The notes below the pieces were generated by a model that was not told where the DNA came from, ran no database searches, and was given only the letters and a program-made list of their open reading frames with translations. A program made the translations under genes and the position numbers. 32,000 nucleotides of DNA from Clostridia bacterium (lineage in GTDB: Bacteria > Bacillota > Clostridia > Caldicoprobacterales > DTU083). The stretch is from NCBI GenBank assembly GCA_028696065.1, contig JAQVHT010000003.1, positions 37,346-69,345 of the forward strand. Direction: 5' to 3'. Below are positions 17,575-26,025 of this stretch, in pieces (the first letter of the stretch is position 1; each line of letters opens with the position of its first letter).

Positions 17575-18158
17575 TTCTTGCCCTCCTTTCTAGCAGTATC
17601 CAAGGTCCGTCTGCTCTTAATAAAGCAGTAGGCTAGTCCAGCTATAGCAGATACTAAAAGTACGGTAATGGGGCTTATGTCTAGGAGGACTAAGGCAAAA
17701 AAGGACAATATGCATATTATCCATGAAAATGGGTTCTTTACACTCTTTTTTCCTAGCCTAACTACAGCTGAAATCATTAGGGCAACAACTCCAATGTTTA
17801 TGCCCTTGATAGCCTCCTTAACTAGGGGATAGTCCCTAAAGTTATATAAAAAGAGGGCAATAATAGAAATAATTATAAAGGAGGGCAGGGCTACTCCTAG
17901 GGTTGCCGCCAGGGCCCCTAGAAAGCCAGCTACCCTGTAGCCAACAAAGGTTGCAGAGTTTACCGCTATTACTCCAGGTACTGACTGAACAACAGCAAAA
18001 ATATCTACTATATCTTCGCTTTCAATCCAGCCTGTTTCCTCTACAATTTCTTTTTCAATAAAGGGTATCATGGCATAGCCTCCGCCAAAGGTAAAGGCCC
18101 CTATTTTGAAAAAGATTAAAAAGAGTTTTTTTATTCTACTAAGTCTACTTTCCTTCAT
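17571..18158 (-). CDS. chrA: Chromate transporter family protein (short ChrA, first of a pair)
   Basis: 195 aa. The GAFTFGGGYAMIPFIEKEIV motif is present. The paired arrangement resembles Bacillus YwrA/YwrB. Confidence 0.9.
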   Translation of the reverse strand: MKESRLSRIKKLFLIFFKIGAFTFGGGYAMIPFIEKEIVEETGWIESEDIVDIFAVVQSVPGVIAVNSATFVGYRVAGFLGALAATLGVALPSFIIISIIALFLYNFRDYPLVKEAIKGINIGVVALMISAVVRLGKKSVKNPFSWIICILSFFALVLLDISPITVLLVSAIAGLAYCFIKSRRTLDTARKEGKK

Positions 18159-18333
18159 TTAATCTCCCTTCGATAAATATGAGGCTAGCTTGGCTAAAGC
18201 CCCAATTGTCTACTATAGTATAAGTAATTAAAAATAAATTAGCAAGCAAGATAAGATTGTTAAAATAGGTCATTAACTGATATACTATAGGCAGGCCTTT
18301 TAGGCTATAGCTCCTATCATATAGAGCTTTTAA

Positions 18334-18362
18334 TTGACAATTACAAGGAATTTATATACAAT
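18334..18362 (+). promoter_or_regulatory. Candidate sigma-A promoter of the cbiM operon
   Basis: TTGACA (18334-18339), a 17-nt spacer, then TACAAT (18357-18362). The leader is only about 30 nt. Confidence 0.55.
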
Positions 18363-18400
18363 AAACTTCAAATTACAAGTACTAACTTTAGGAGGTCATG

Positions 18401-19150
18401 ATGAGCCATATTCACCTGCCAGATGGTATATTGGATCCTCTAATATGGATAGGGGCATATTTTTTATGTCTGTTAATAATGGGCATAGTACTAAAGGCTA
18501 TAAAGATTGATGAGGCACAAAAAAAGATACCCTTTATAGGTATACTAGCGGCCCTAATGCTTATATTTATGTCCGTGCCCCTTGGCATTGTACCTGTGCA
18601 TCTGAGCTTGGCCGTCCTAACTGGTATTGTGGCTGGACCTGCCTTTGGTTTTTTAGCAGTCTTTGTTGTTAATATTATATTAGCCCTTATTGGTCATGGT
18701 GGCATAACTGTAGTTGGCCTAAATACACTGATAGTTGGTAGTGAAGCTGTAATTGGTTATTATCTATTTAACCTACTTACCAGGAGACTAAAGCCTGGCC
18801 TTTCTGCTATTTTCTCAACTATTATAGCCCTGGTCATATCAACTAGCCTGATGCTTGGTGTGGTTACTCTTACTGTAGGCCCTCAAGAGGCCCTGCCTGG
18901 TCACAGCCATGACTCAGATATACATAGTGGAGAGGAAAGCAGTACAGACATCCATAATGATCACAACGATCATACAGACCATGAGGAGAGCCTTAGCGAA
19001 GCTTTAGAGGAAATTAACTATCTAAGTTTAACGGGCTGGGCTGCCCTTGTAGCAATCCTATTAGTAGGTATTTTCCTTGAAGCCTTTGCAACGAGCCTAA
19101 TTGTTAGCTTTTTTTCAAGGGTTAGACCGGACCTTATAAGTAGACCCTAA
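18401..19150 (+). CDS. cbiM: ECF-transporter substrate-capture component CbiM/NikM family, with a His/Asp/Glu-rich insertion in the last extracytoplasmic loop
   Basis: HLPDGIL N-terminal motif. The ALIGHGGITVVGLN motif. Seven hydrophobic segments. The insertion is GHSHDSDIHSGEESSTDIHNDHNDHTDHEE (about 18895-18990). ATG 18401 is 5 nt after AGGAGG, whereas the track's ATG 18398 is 2 nt after. Confidence 0.85.
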   Translation: MSHIHLPDGILDPLIWIGAYFLCLLIMGIVLKAIKIDEAQKKIPFIGILAALMLIFMSVPLGIVPVHLSLAVLTGIVAGPAFGFLAVFVVNIILALIGHGGITVVGLNTLIVGSEAVIGYYLFNLLTRRLKPGLSAIFSTIIALVISTSLMLGVVTLTVGPQEALPGHSHDSDIHSGEESSTDIHNDHNDHTDHEESLSEALEEINYLSLTGWAALVAILLVGIFLEAFATSLIVSFFSRVRPDLISRP

Positions 19151-19182
19151 GGATTATTAAAAGTGGAATGAGTTGATTGTAT

Positions 19183-19896
19183 ATGCACCTAGCCTCTGTT
19201 GATTATATGGCGGCTAATGGCAAGTCTATTATCCATAGAGCCAATCCCCATAGCAAAATACTTGTAGCACTACTTATTCTCATAGCAGTTATTGTAGCTG
19301 ACAGCCCCATCAAGCTGGGGCTTATATTACTATATACTATAGTATTAATTGCTATATCCAGCCCAAACATAAAAGAAATAGGACACCTAGCCCTCTATCC
19401 TGTGTTTTTTTCACTTGTATTTGCTCTAATAAAGATTCAGCAGTCTCTAGTAGAGGCAATTGCAGTTATACTTAGAGCCCTAGCTGCTGCAATGTCTATG
19501 CTATTTCTCATAACAACCACTCCCTATGTAGATATATTTTCAGTATTATCTATCCTACTACCCGGAGTAATAGTAGACATTTTTATCTTTACTTACAGGT
19601 CTCTATTTATCCTACTAGACAAGCTTTCAAGCCTATTTAGGAGTGTAAAAATAAGAGGTGGCTACCACCCAATTCGGATATTTAAAAATATCAAGAATAT
19701 GGCTGGGATGCTAGGAATAATGGTGATTCACTCCTTTGATATGAGTGAACGTATGTATAAAATATTCAAGCTTAGGGGCTATAAGGGACGCTTGCCCTTA
19801 ACAAGAGAAAACAGACAGATAAGGGCCATTGACATTGCCTTAGTAGTTATGTCAGTAGCTATACTAGCAGGGGTGATCATAAAATGGAACAACTAG
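19183..19896 (+). CDS. cbiQ: ECF-transporter T component CbiQ
   Basis: Multi-TM protein with the two Arg-Gly coupling motifs (SVKIRGGY and FKLRGYKG). The start is uncertain: TTG 19177, ATG 19183 or ATG 19207. Confidence 0.8.
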   Translation: MHLASVDYMAANGKSIIHRANPHSKILVALLILIAVIVADSPIKLGLILLYTIVLIAISSPNIKEIGHLALYPVFFSLVFALIKIQQSLVEAIAVILRALAAAMSMLFLITTTPYVDIFSVLSILLPGVIVDIFIFTYRSLFILLDKLSSLFRSVKIRGGYHPIRIFKNIKNMAGMLGIMVIHSFDMSERMYKIFKLRGYKGRLPLTRENRQIRAIDIALVVMSVAILAGVIIKWNN

Positions 19897-20723
19897 TAAA
19901 GGTAAAGTGCATAAAGCACGTCTATCCAGACAAGACTGAAGTCTGCCTCTGTGGTCTGGATTTTATTGTAAACCAAGGCGACAAGGTCATAATACTAGGG
20001 CCAAATGGCGCGGGCAAGACCACCCTCTTATCACATATACTAGGCCTTTTAAGCCCAATTGAGGGTAGTGTAGAGGTCTTAGGTAAGCAGCCTGACAAGT
20101 CCTTTTCTAGCATTAGAAGGGATATAGGAGTGGTCTTTCAAAATGTTGATGAGCAGATAATTGGTCCTAGGGTCTATGATGATATAGGCTTTACCGCTAG
20201 AAATGAGGGCCTGTCTAGTAAAGAGGTTGAGCAAAGGGTGTTAGAGGTTGCCAGGAGCCTAGAGATAGAAGACCTGCTTGAAAAGATACCCCACTACCTA
20301 AGTGGTGGGCAAAAGAAAAAGGTAGCTCTAGCAGGTGCTATTGTGATGAAACCAAAGCTATTGATAATGGATGAACCCTTTGACGGTCTAGATCCAAAGT
20401 CCAAGACCGAGATGGTTGAACTACTAAATAGGCTAAACAGTGAATATGGGATAACCCTAATAGTGACAACCCATGATATCAATATTGTACCTAAAATAGC
20501 TAGCCTTATCTATGTTATAAGGGATGGTCGTATTGTAACCAAGGGAGACCCAGGAGAGGTATTTAACCAGATAGACCAGCTAAGAGCTGCTAACCTTGAA
20601 CCACCGATACTAACAGAGCTTTTCTATCGGCTAAAGGAAAGGGGCATCCTAGATACTATACCAAGTAGCATAGACCAGGCAGAAGATTTGTTAGCAGACC
20701 TTATAGGAAAAAAGGAGAAATGA
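19884..20723 (+). CDS. cbiO: ECF-transporter ATPase CbiO
   Basis: Walker A GPNGAGKTT, signature LSGGQKKKVALAG, Walker B LLIMDEP. Overlaps cbiQ by 13 nt. Confidence 0.92.
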   Translation: MEQLVKVKCIKHVYPDKTEVCLCGLDFIVNQGDKVIILGPNGAGKTTLLSHILGLLSPIEGSVEVLGKQPDKSFSSIRRDIGVVFQNVDEQIIGPRVYDDIGFTARNEGLSSKEVEQRVLEVARSLEIEDLLEKIPHYLSGGQKKKVALAGAIVMKPKLLIMDEPFDGLDPKSKTEMVELLNRLNSEYGITLIVTTHDINIVPKIASLIYVIRDGRIVTKGDPGEVFNQIDQLRAANLEPPILTELFYRLKERGILDTIPSSIDQAEDLLADLIGKKEK

Positions 20724-20743
20724 AGGAAAAAGAGGTGTTAGAT

Positions 20744-22426
20744 ATGGACATAAAAGCTATGTGTGCTAATGGCCCCCTAATTTTTGATGGAGCTATGGGG
20801 ACTATGATTCAGATGAAGGGGATAGGTGAAAATATTGTACCCGAGCAATACAATATAAACCACCCAGAAGAAATAGAATCTATACATAGGGCATATGTGG
20901 AGGCAGGCTCTCAAGTAATTACAGCCAATACATTTGGAGCTAATCCCATAAAGCTATCCAAAGCAGGCCTGTCAGTTGAGCAGGTTATTAGAGCAGGAAT
21001 TGCCTGTGCCAAGAGGGCTGCCGGCACAAGGGCCAAGGTAGCTCTATGTGTTGGGCCAACAGGCAAGCTTATGGCGCCCTTTGGAGACTTGACCTTTGAG
21101 GCTGCCTATGAAATTTTTGCAGACCAAGTCAGGATAGGCCAAGAGGCAGGTGCGGACCTTATCTTAATCGAGACCATGTCAGATTTATATGAGGCCAAGG
21201 CAGCGGTCCTAGCTGCAAAACAGGAAACAAAGTTACCTGTTATCTGTACTATGACCTTTGAAAAGAGTGGTAAAACTCTAATGGGTACAGACCCTGAAAG
21301 CTTAATCACTGTCCTAGAGGGTCTTGGTGTTGATGGCCTAGGCCTTAATTGCTCATTAGGACCTGCGCAAGCCCTAGCTATAGTAGAAGACTTTGTTAAA
21401 GTGAGCCAGCTACCAATTTTGCTACAGCCGAATGCAGGATTGCCAAAGGCAGGTGGAGAGGGATACGATACAGGTCCAGAGGAATTTGCCAAGATAGGAC
21501 TAAGGCTTGCAGAGCTCGGGGTGGAAATGCTAGGTGGTTGCTGTGGCACCACACCTGATTATATAAGGGCTTTAAGGACGCAGCTAGCTGGAGTTACCAG
21601 CAAGAAACGCCAGGTAGCAGGGGAAACAGTTGTAGCCTCCTCGAGAAAAACTGTCGTGTTTGATAAGTTTGTAGCCATAGGACAAAATATAAACCCATCT
21701 GGTAGAAAGGATTTGACAGAGGCTATAATATCAGGCGATATTGATAGGCTTTATAATGAAGCTGAGCTACAGGTGGCAGCTGGTGCAGACATATTAGATA
21801 TTAATCTAGCAACGGGTAGGGTAGAGGAGCATGGTATCCTAAGGCAGGTCATTGAGTATATTCAATCAATGCTATATACTCCCCTGCAAATCGATAGTGC
21901 AGATCCAAGTGTACTAGAGCTAGGTGCTAGGATTTACAATGGCAAACCCATACTAAACTCAGTAAACGGTAGTGAGAGCTCTATGGAGCAGGTTTTCCCC
22001 ATAGCAAAGAAATATGGAGCCTGCCTAATAGCCCTTACTATAGATGACCATGGGGTAGCAGATACAGCAGAAAAGAGATATGAAATAGCCAGCCGAATTG
22101 TTAGAGAAGCAGAGGCCTATGGAATAGAAAAGCGCAATATAATAGTGGATTGTGTTGTTCAAAGTCTAGCATATAGTCCAAAAGCATATACAGAAGCCCT
22201 AAGGGCAGTATCCATGGTAAAGGACTTAGGAGTAAAGACCTGCCTGGGCATTGGAAACTTATCCTTTGGCCTGAGGGACAGGGAAAATATTGACGCAGTT
22301 TTCTTGGCTATGGCCATGGGCTATGGCCTTGATTCAGCTATTATGAAGGTAACTGCTAAGCAGTCCAATATGGTTCTAAACACCTTTAAGTACTTACAGG
22401 AAACAAGTAGGATGCTTAGCTTTTAG
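20744..22426 (+). CDS. Methionine-synthase core: homocysteine S-methyltransferase domain plus pterin-binding domain, with no cobalamin-binding or activation domain
   Basis: 560 aa from ATG 20744 (AGAGGTG 6 nt upstream). Hcy-domain Zn ligands are present (GLNCSLGP and GGCCGTTP). The pterin-binding region is IGQNINPSGRK.., ILDINL, LQIDSAD, ILNSVNG, IGNLSFGLR. The ORF stops there and the next gene is adk. Confidence 0.85.
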   Translation: MDIKAMCANGPLIFDGAMGTMIQMKGIGENIVPEQYNINHPEEIESIHRAYVEAGSQVITANTFGANPIKLSKAGLSVEQVIRAGIACAKRAAGTRAKVALCVGPTGKLMAPFGDLTFEAAYEIFADQVRIGQEAGADLILIETMSDLYEAKAAVLAAKQETKLPVICTMTFEKSGKTLMGTDPESLITVLEGLGVDGLGLNCSLGPAQALAIVEDFVKVSQLPILLQPNAGLPKAGGEGYDTGPEEFAKIGLRLAELGVEMLGGCCGTTPDYIRALRTQLAGVTSKKRQVAGETVVASSRKTVVFDKFVAIGQNINPSGRKDLTEAIISGDIDRLYNEAELQVAAGADILDINLATGRVEEHGILRQVIEYIQSMLYTPLQIDSADPSVLELGARIYNGKPILNSVNGSESSMEQVFPIAKKYGACLIALTIDDHGVADTAEKRYEIASRIVREAEAYGIEKRNIIVDCVVQSLAYSPKAYTEALRAVSMVKDLGVKTCLGIGNLSFGLRDRENIDAVFLAMAMGYGLDSAIMKVTAKQSNMVLNTFKYLQETSRMLSF

Positions 22427-22500
22427 GCTTGTTTTATAGGTACCAGGGTAATATAATGTACTAGGTAAACAATTTGCAAAGCTTAAAAGGAGGGGTTTGC

Positions 22501-23166
22501 ATGTACATAGTTTTATTGGGCCCTCCAGGTTCCGGTAAAGGTACACAGGCAGGACTTTTATCAAAAGAATTTAAGATAGGTCACATGTCAACAGGAGATA
22601 TACTAAGGGATATACTAAAGGATAAAACTCACCCCTTATATGAGGATGTAAAGGTTATCAACCAGGGTATGCTTATTAGTGATGAGCTAGTAACAAAGGT
22701 TGTAAGGGACAGCCTATCTAATCCCAAATTTAAGCAAGGGGTTATATTTGATGGCTATCCAAGAACCTCAGCCCAGGCAAAGGCCCTTGATAAAATTCTA
22801 TCAGAAGAAGGTAAAAAGCTAGATTTTGTGCTAGACCTAAACGTTACTGAAGAGGTCTTATTATATAGACTATTAGGTAGACGTGTATGTCCTAGCTGTA
22901 AAAAGGTATTCCATGTTAGGCAGGGTATTACTACTTGTCCTGACTGCGGCTTAGAGCTTGTACAAAGGGCAGATGACAATAAAGAAACTATAAATAAAAG
23001 GTTCACTGAATACAAAAACAAATCGCTTTCCTTAAAGGAATACTATAAAAATACTACACCCTATATTGAGCTTAAGATAGACCAAAAGGATATTTCAGCT
23101 GAAGAAATAGAAAGGCTTATACACATAAGGCTTGGGGAAATGCAAAAAGACAAGGCAGAGGGTTAG
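22501..23166 (+). CDS. adk: Adenylate kinase (long form with Cys4 lid)
   Basis: MYIVLLGPPGSGKGTQ P-loop, HMSTGDILR, FDGYPRT, and the lid CPSC..(13)..CPDC then QRADD. RBS AAGGAGG. Located outside the usual ribosomal-protein/secY context. Confidence 0.9.
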   Translation: MYIVLLGPPGSGKGTQAGLLSKEFKIGHMSTGDILRDILKDKTHPLYEDVKVINQGMLISDELVTKVVRDSLSNPKFKQGVIFDGYPRTSAQAKALDKILSEEGKKLDFVLDLNVTEEVLLYRLLGRRVCPSCKKVFHVRQGITTCPDCGLELVQRADDNKETINKRFTEYKNKSLSLKEYYKNTTPYIELKIDQKDISAEEIERLIHIRLGEMQKDKAEG

Positions 23167-23169
23167 GAG

Positions 23170-23862
23170 ATGGCAGTATTTGCGATAGGGGACCTACACC
23201 TTTCAGCTGCTGTAGACAAGCCAATGGATATATTCGGCCTAGAGTGGAAGGATCATTGGACCAGGATAAGGGAGGATTGGCAGGCCAGGGTAGGCCATGA
23301 TGATATAGTCCTGATACCGGGTGATATTAGCTGGGCCATGACCTTTGACCAAGCAAAACCTGACCTTGATTCTATCAGAGAGCTGCCAGGTAGAAAGGTC
23401 CTAATAAAGGGTAACCATGATTATTGGTGGTCATCCATTACTAGGCTAAGACAAGAGTTAGGAGCTTCCATTAGCCTTATACAAAATGACAGTGTGACAA
23501 TAGATAACTACACCATTTGCGGAACAAGGGGCTGGGCCCTCCCAGGCTCAAGGGGTTTTACTGACCATGATCAAAGGATATACACAAGAGAACTGCAAAG
23601 GCTAAAGCTTTCTCTAGACCATGGGCAAATGAGCAGGGAAAAGGGCAGGCTTATTGTAATGCTACATTACCCACCCTTTGATGAGAGAGGAGAGGCAAGC
23701 GGCTTTGTAGAACTAGTAAATGACTACAAGGCAAGCCATTTGGTATATGGTCACCTACATGGTCCTAGCACAGCAAACGCCTTTGAGGGTAGCTATGGAC
23801 AAACCCAATATCATCTTGTATCATGTGATAAACTCGATTTTAAATTAAAACAAATAGAATAG
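23170..23862 (+). CDS. Metallophosphoesterase (calcineurin-like dinuclear-metal phosphatase fold)
   Basis: Motifs IGDLHL, PGDISW, GNHDYW, MLHYPP and GHLH. Starts 3 nt after the adk stop. Confidence 0.85.
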   Translation: MAVFAIGDLHLSAAVDKPMDIFGLEWKDHWTRIREDWQARVGHDDIVLIPGDISWAMTFDQAKPDLDSIRELPGRKVLIKGNHDYWWSSITRLRQELGASISLIQNDSVTIDNYTICGTRGWALPGSRGFTDHDQRIYTRELQRLKLSLDHGQMSREKGRLIVMLHYPPFDERGEASGFVELVNDYKASHLVYGHLHGPSTANAFEGSYGQTQYHLVSCDKLDFKLKQIE

Positions 23863-23866
23863 CTAA

Positions 23867-23903
23867 AGCCAGGCTTATATATAAGGAGAGCCTGGCTTTT
23901 TTA
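23867..23903 (+). terminator. Rho-independent terminator (first of two)
   Basis: AGCCAGGCT..13 nt..AGCCTGGCT, a perfect 9-bp stem, followed by TTTTTT. Confidence 0.75.
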
Positions 23904-23925
23904 TCTTTTCCATAATGCTGATAAG

Positions 23926-23960
23926 GGCCGCCTACACTTGATTTAGGCGGCCAATTTTTT
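23926..23960 (+). terminator. Rho-independent terminator (second, in tandem)
   Basis: GGCCGCCT..ACACTTGATTT..AGGCGGCC followed by AATTTTTT. Confidence 0.65.
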
Positions 23961-24027
23961 CTTTTAAAATTTTTTTATTTTTTCAAATAGTGGGAGGATT
24001 TTTTATTCAGGCATAGAATATATAGAT

Positions 24028-24057
24028 AAAGTGGTGCGAAGTGGGGCAAAGTGGTAC
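24028..24057 (+). promoter_or_regulatory. MraZ operator: three AAGTGG(T/G) direct repeats with exact 10-bp phasing
   Basis: aaaGTGGTgcgaaGTGGGgcaaaGTGGTac, with GTGG at 24031, 24041 and 24051. The last repeat is 30 nt upstream of the mraZ ATG. Confidence 0.7.
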
Positions 24058-24084
24058 AAAAAGAAGAGGAGGAGGTGGAAAAGG

Positions 24085-24516
24085 ATGTTCATTGGGGAAT
24101 ACCAGCATACAATTGATCCAAAGGGCCGGCTTATATTACCTGCGAAATTCCGCTATGACCTTGGTGAGAAATTTATAGTTACCAAGGGCCTTGATAATTG
24201 TCTGTTTGTATACCCTAATGAAGAATGGAGCAAGCTAGAGCAAAAGCTAAGCAATCTCCCACTTACAAGTAGAGATGCCAGAGCCTTTGTCCGCTTTTTC
24301 TTTGCGGGGGCAGCCGAGTGTGATCTTGACAAACAGGGTAGGTTCCTTATACCAGCCAACCTAAGAGAGCATGCAGGCTTTGACAAGGAGATAGTTATTA
24401 TCGGAGTCTCTTCAAGGCTAGAGATATGGAGCAAGGAGGCTTGGGAGTCCTATAACGAGTCCTCTGAGCTGGAGTATGATGAGATATTTGAAAAGATGGC
24501 AGAGCTGGGCATATAG
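24085..24516 (+). CDS. mraZ: Transcriptional regulator MraZ
   Basis: [23 protein letters not shown] and a second [13 protein letters not shown] repeat. ATG 24085 follows GGAGGAGGTGG. The track's 24031 start reads through the operator repeats. Confidence 0.93.
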   Translation: MFIGEYQHTIDPKGRLILPAKFRYDLGEKFIVTKGLDNCLFVYPNEEWSKLEQKLSNLPLTSRDARAFVRFFFAGAAECDLDKQGRFLIPANLREHAGFDKEIVIIGVSSRLEIWSKEAWESYNESSELEYDEIFEKMAELGI

Positions 24517-24543
24517 GGAGTAATGACTAAGGAGAATATAAAA

Positions 24544-25470
24544 ATGGATTTTCACCATATACCAGTATTGCTAAAGGAGACTATTGAATATTTAAAGCCT
24601 GTTTATGGCGGAATATATGTAGATGGAACCCTAGGCGGTGGTGGCCACTCCCTAGAGATTCTAAAAAGAATAGGGCCTGAGGGTAAACTGATAGGGATAG
24701 ACAGAGACCCCACTGCCATCAAGACTACAAGCGAGAAACTAAAGGACTTTAAGGATGCCTTTATTCCAGTTCACGGCAATAACGCAGATGTGATAGACCT
24801 GCTAGATGAAATGAACATAGACCATATAGACGGGATGATTATGGACCTAGGAGTATCCTCCCACCAGTTTGATGAAACAGATAGGGGTTTTACCTATAGG
24901 GAGGATGTAAGGCTAGACATGAGGATGGATACAAGCCAAGACTTCAGTGCCTATGATCTAGTTAACAGCTACTCAGTAGAGGACCTATCAAGGATTTTTT
25001 GGATCTATGGAGAGGAAAGGTGGGCCAAGCGTATAGCCGAGTTTGTGGTAAAAAACAGACCGGTTGAAACTACAGGTCAACTAGTGGAGATTATAAAGGC
25101 TGCTGTTCCAGCTTCAGCCCGGCAGGGTGGGCCCCATCCGGCCCGGAGGGTCTTTCAGGCAATAAGGATCGAGGTCAATAATGAACTAGCTTCTTTAGAA
25201 AAGGCAATCGAAAATGCCATAAGGTTACTAAAGCCAAATGGAAGGCTATGTATAATAAGCTTTCATTCCTTAGAGGACAGGATAGTAAAGCAAAGCTTTA
25301 AAAGGGAAAGTAACCCCTGTACCTGTCCAAAGGACCTGCCAGTATGTATCTGCGGCAAAAGGCCACAGATAAAGATCCTAACTAGAAGGCCAGTAATCCC
25401 AAGTCCTGAGGAGATTGAGGTAAATCCCCGGTCCAGGAGTGCAAAACTTAGAGCCTGTAAAAAGCTCTAA
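24544..25470 (+). CDS. rsmH: 16S rRNA (cytosine1402-N4)-methyltransferase RsmH
   Basis: [42 protein letters not shown] prefer ATG 24544 (AAGGAG 9 nt upstream). ATG 24523 is also possible. Confidence 0.92.
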   Translation: MDFHHIPVLLKETIEYLKPVYGGIYVDGTLGGGGHSLEILKRIGPEGKLIGIDRDPTAIKTTSEKLKDFKDAFIPVHGNNADVIDLLDEMNIDHIDGMIMDLGVSSHQFDETDRGFTYREDVRLDMRMDTSQDFSAYDLVNSYSVEDLSRIFWIYGEERWAKRIAEFVVKNRPVETTGQLVEIIKAAVPASARQGGPHPARRVFQAIRIEVNNELASLEKAIENAIRLLKPNGRLCIISFHSLEDRIVKQSFKRESNPCTCPKDLPVCICGKRPQIKILTRRPVIPSPEEIEVNPRSRSAKLRACKKL

Positions 25471-25513
25471 CTACTATACAAGAAAGCATAAACTACAAGG
25501 AGGTTGAATAGAT

Positions 25514-26002
25514 TTGTTAGTAGCAGAAAAATACGCATACCTAGAGGAAATGGAATATGATTTTCCTATACAAAAGCCAAGGGTAGAGCAGCCTGCGCCA
25601 AGGAAAAAACAAAAAGAGCAGCCTGCACCAGTAGCTAAGCCTAACACACTAAGAAAGCTCCTTGCCCTAGCCACAGTCCTTATCTGCTTTGCCATGGCCT
25701 GCCTTGTAGTTTACAGGTATGCAGGTATAAATGACAATCACACCAAGATACTAGAACTGGAAAAAGAGCTACAAAAAACACTCGATGAGCAGGAACGGCT
25801 CAAGGTAGAACTAGCTTACAATCAAGATATGAGAAACGTCGAGTTTCAAGCAATGGGCAGTCTGAACATGCACTACCCTGAAAAGGACCAGGTTCGGTAT
25901 GTTAGACTACCTGAGGCTGAGGAAACCATAAAGACAGAGCTAGTAAAAGAGCAAGAGCCTAAGGAAAGCTTTTGGATGCGTATACTGGGCTTTCTAAATT
26001 AA
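25514..26002 (+). CDS. ftsL: Cell division protein FtsL-like (single TM plus coiled coil)
   Basis: Its position is between rsmH and the PBP gene. A TM segment (LLALATVLICFAMACLVVY) is followed by a coiled coil (ILELEKELQKTLDEQERLKVEL). TTG start 10 nt after AGGAGG. The start is uncertain. Confidence 0.7.
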   Translation: MLVAEKYAYLEEMEYDFPIQKPRVEQPAPRKKQKEQPAPVAKPNTLRKLLALATVLICFAMACLVVYRYAGINDNHTKILELEKELQKTLDEQERLKVELAYNQDMRNVEFQAMGSLNMHYPEKDQVRYVRLPEAEETIKTELVKEQEPKESFWMRILGFLN

Positions 26003-26025
26003 TCCTATTTAGGGGAGGGTAATCT

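Noticed and set aside
18159-18397. Possible cobalamin or NiCo riboswitch upstream of cbiM
   Set aside because: A near-consensus promoter at 18334-18362 leaves only about 30 nt of leader. I see no B12-box-like element or extended conserved structure.
21106-21552. 148-aa minus-strand ORF
   Set aside because: It is a shadow ORF antisense to the MetH-core gene. It is Pro/Ser-rich with no RBS.
24031-24084. N-terminal extension of mraZ ([18 protein letters not shown])
   Set aside because: It arises from reading through the GTGG operator repeats and the RBS. The canonical MraZ N-terminus MFIGEY starts at 24085 behind GGAGG.
25586-25630. Duplicated 15-mer gagcagcctgc(g/a)cca, 30 bp apart
   Set aside because: It is in frame inside ftsL (EQPAP..EQPAP in the cytoplasmic tail). 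It is a small coding duplication, not a regulatory element. The 73-aa antisense ORF 25474-25695 is an artefact of it.
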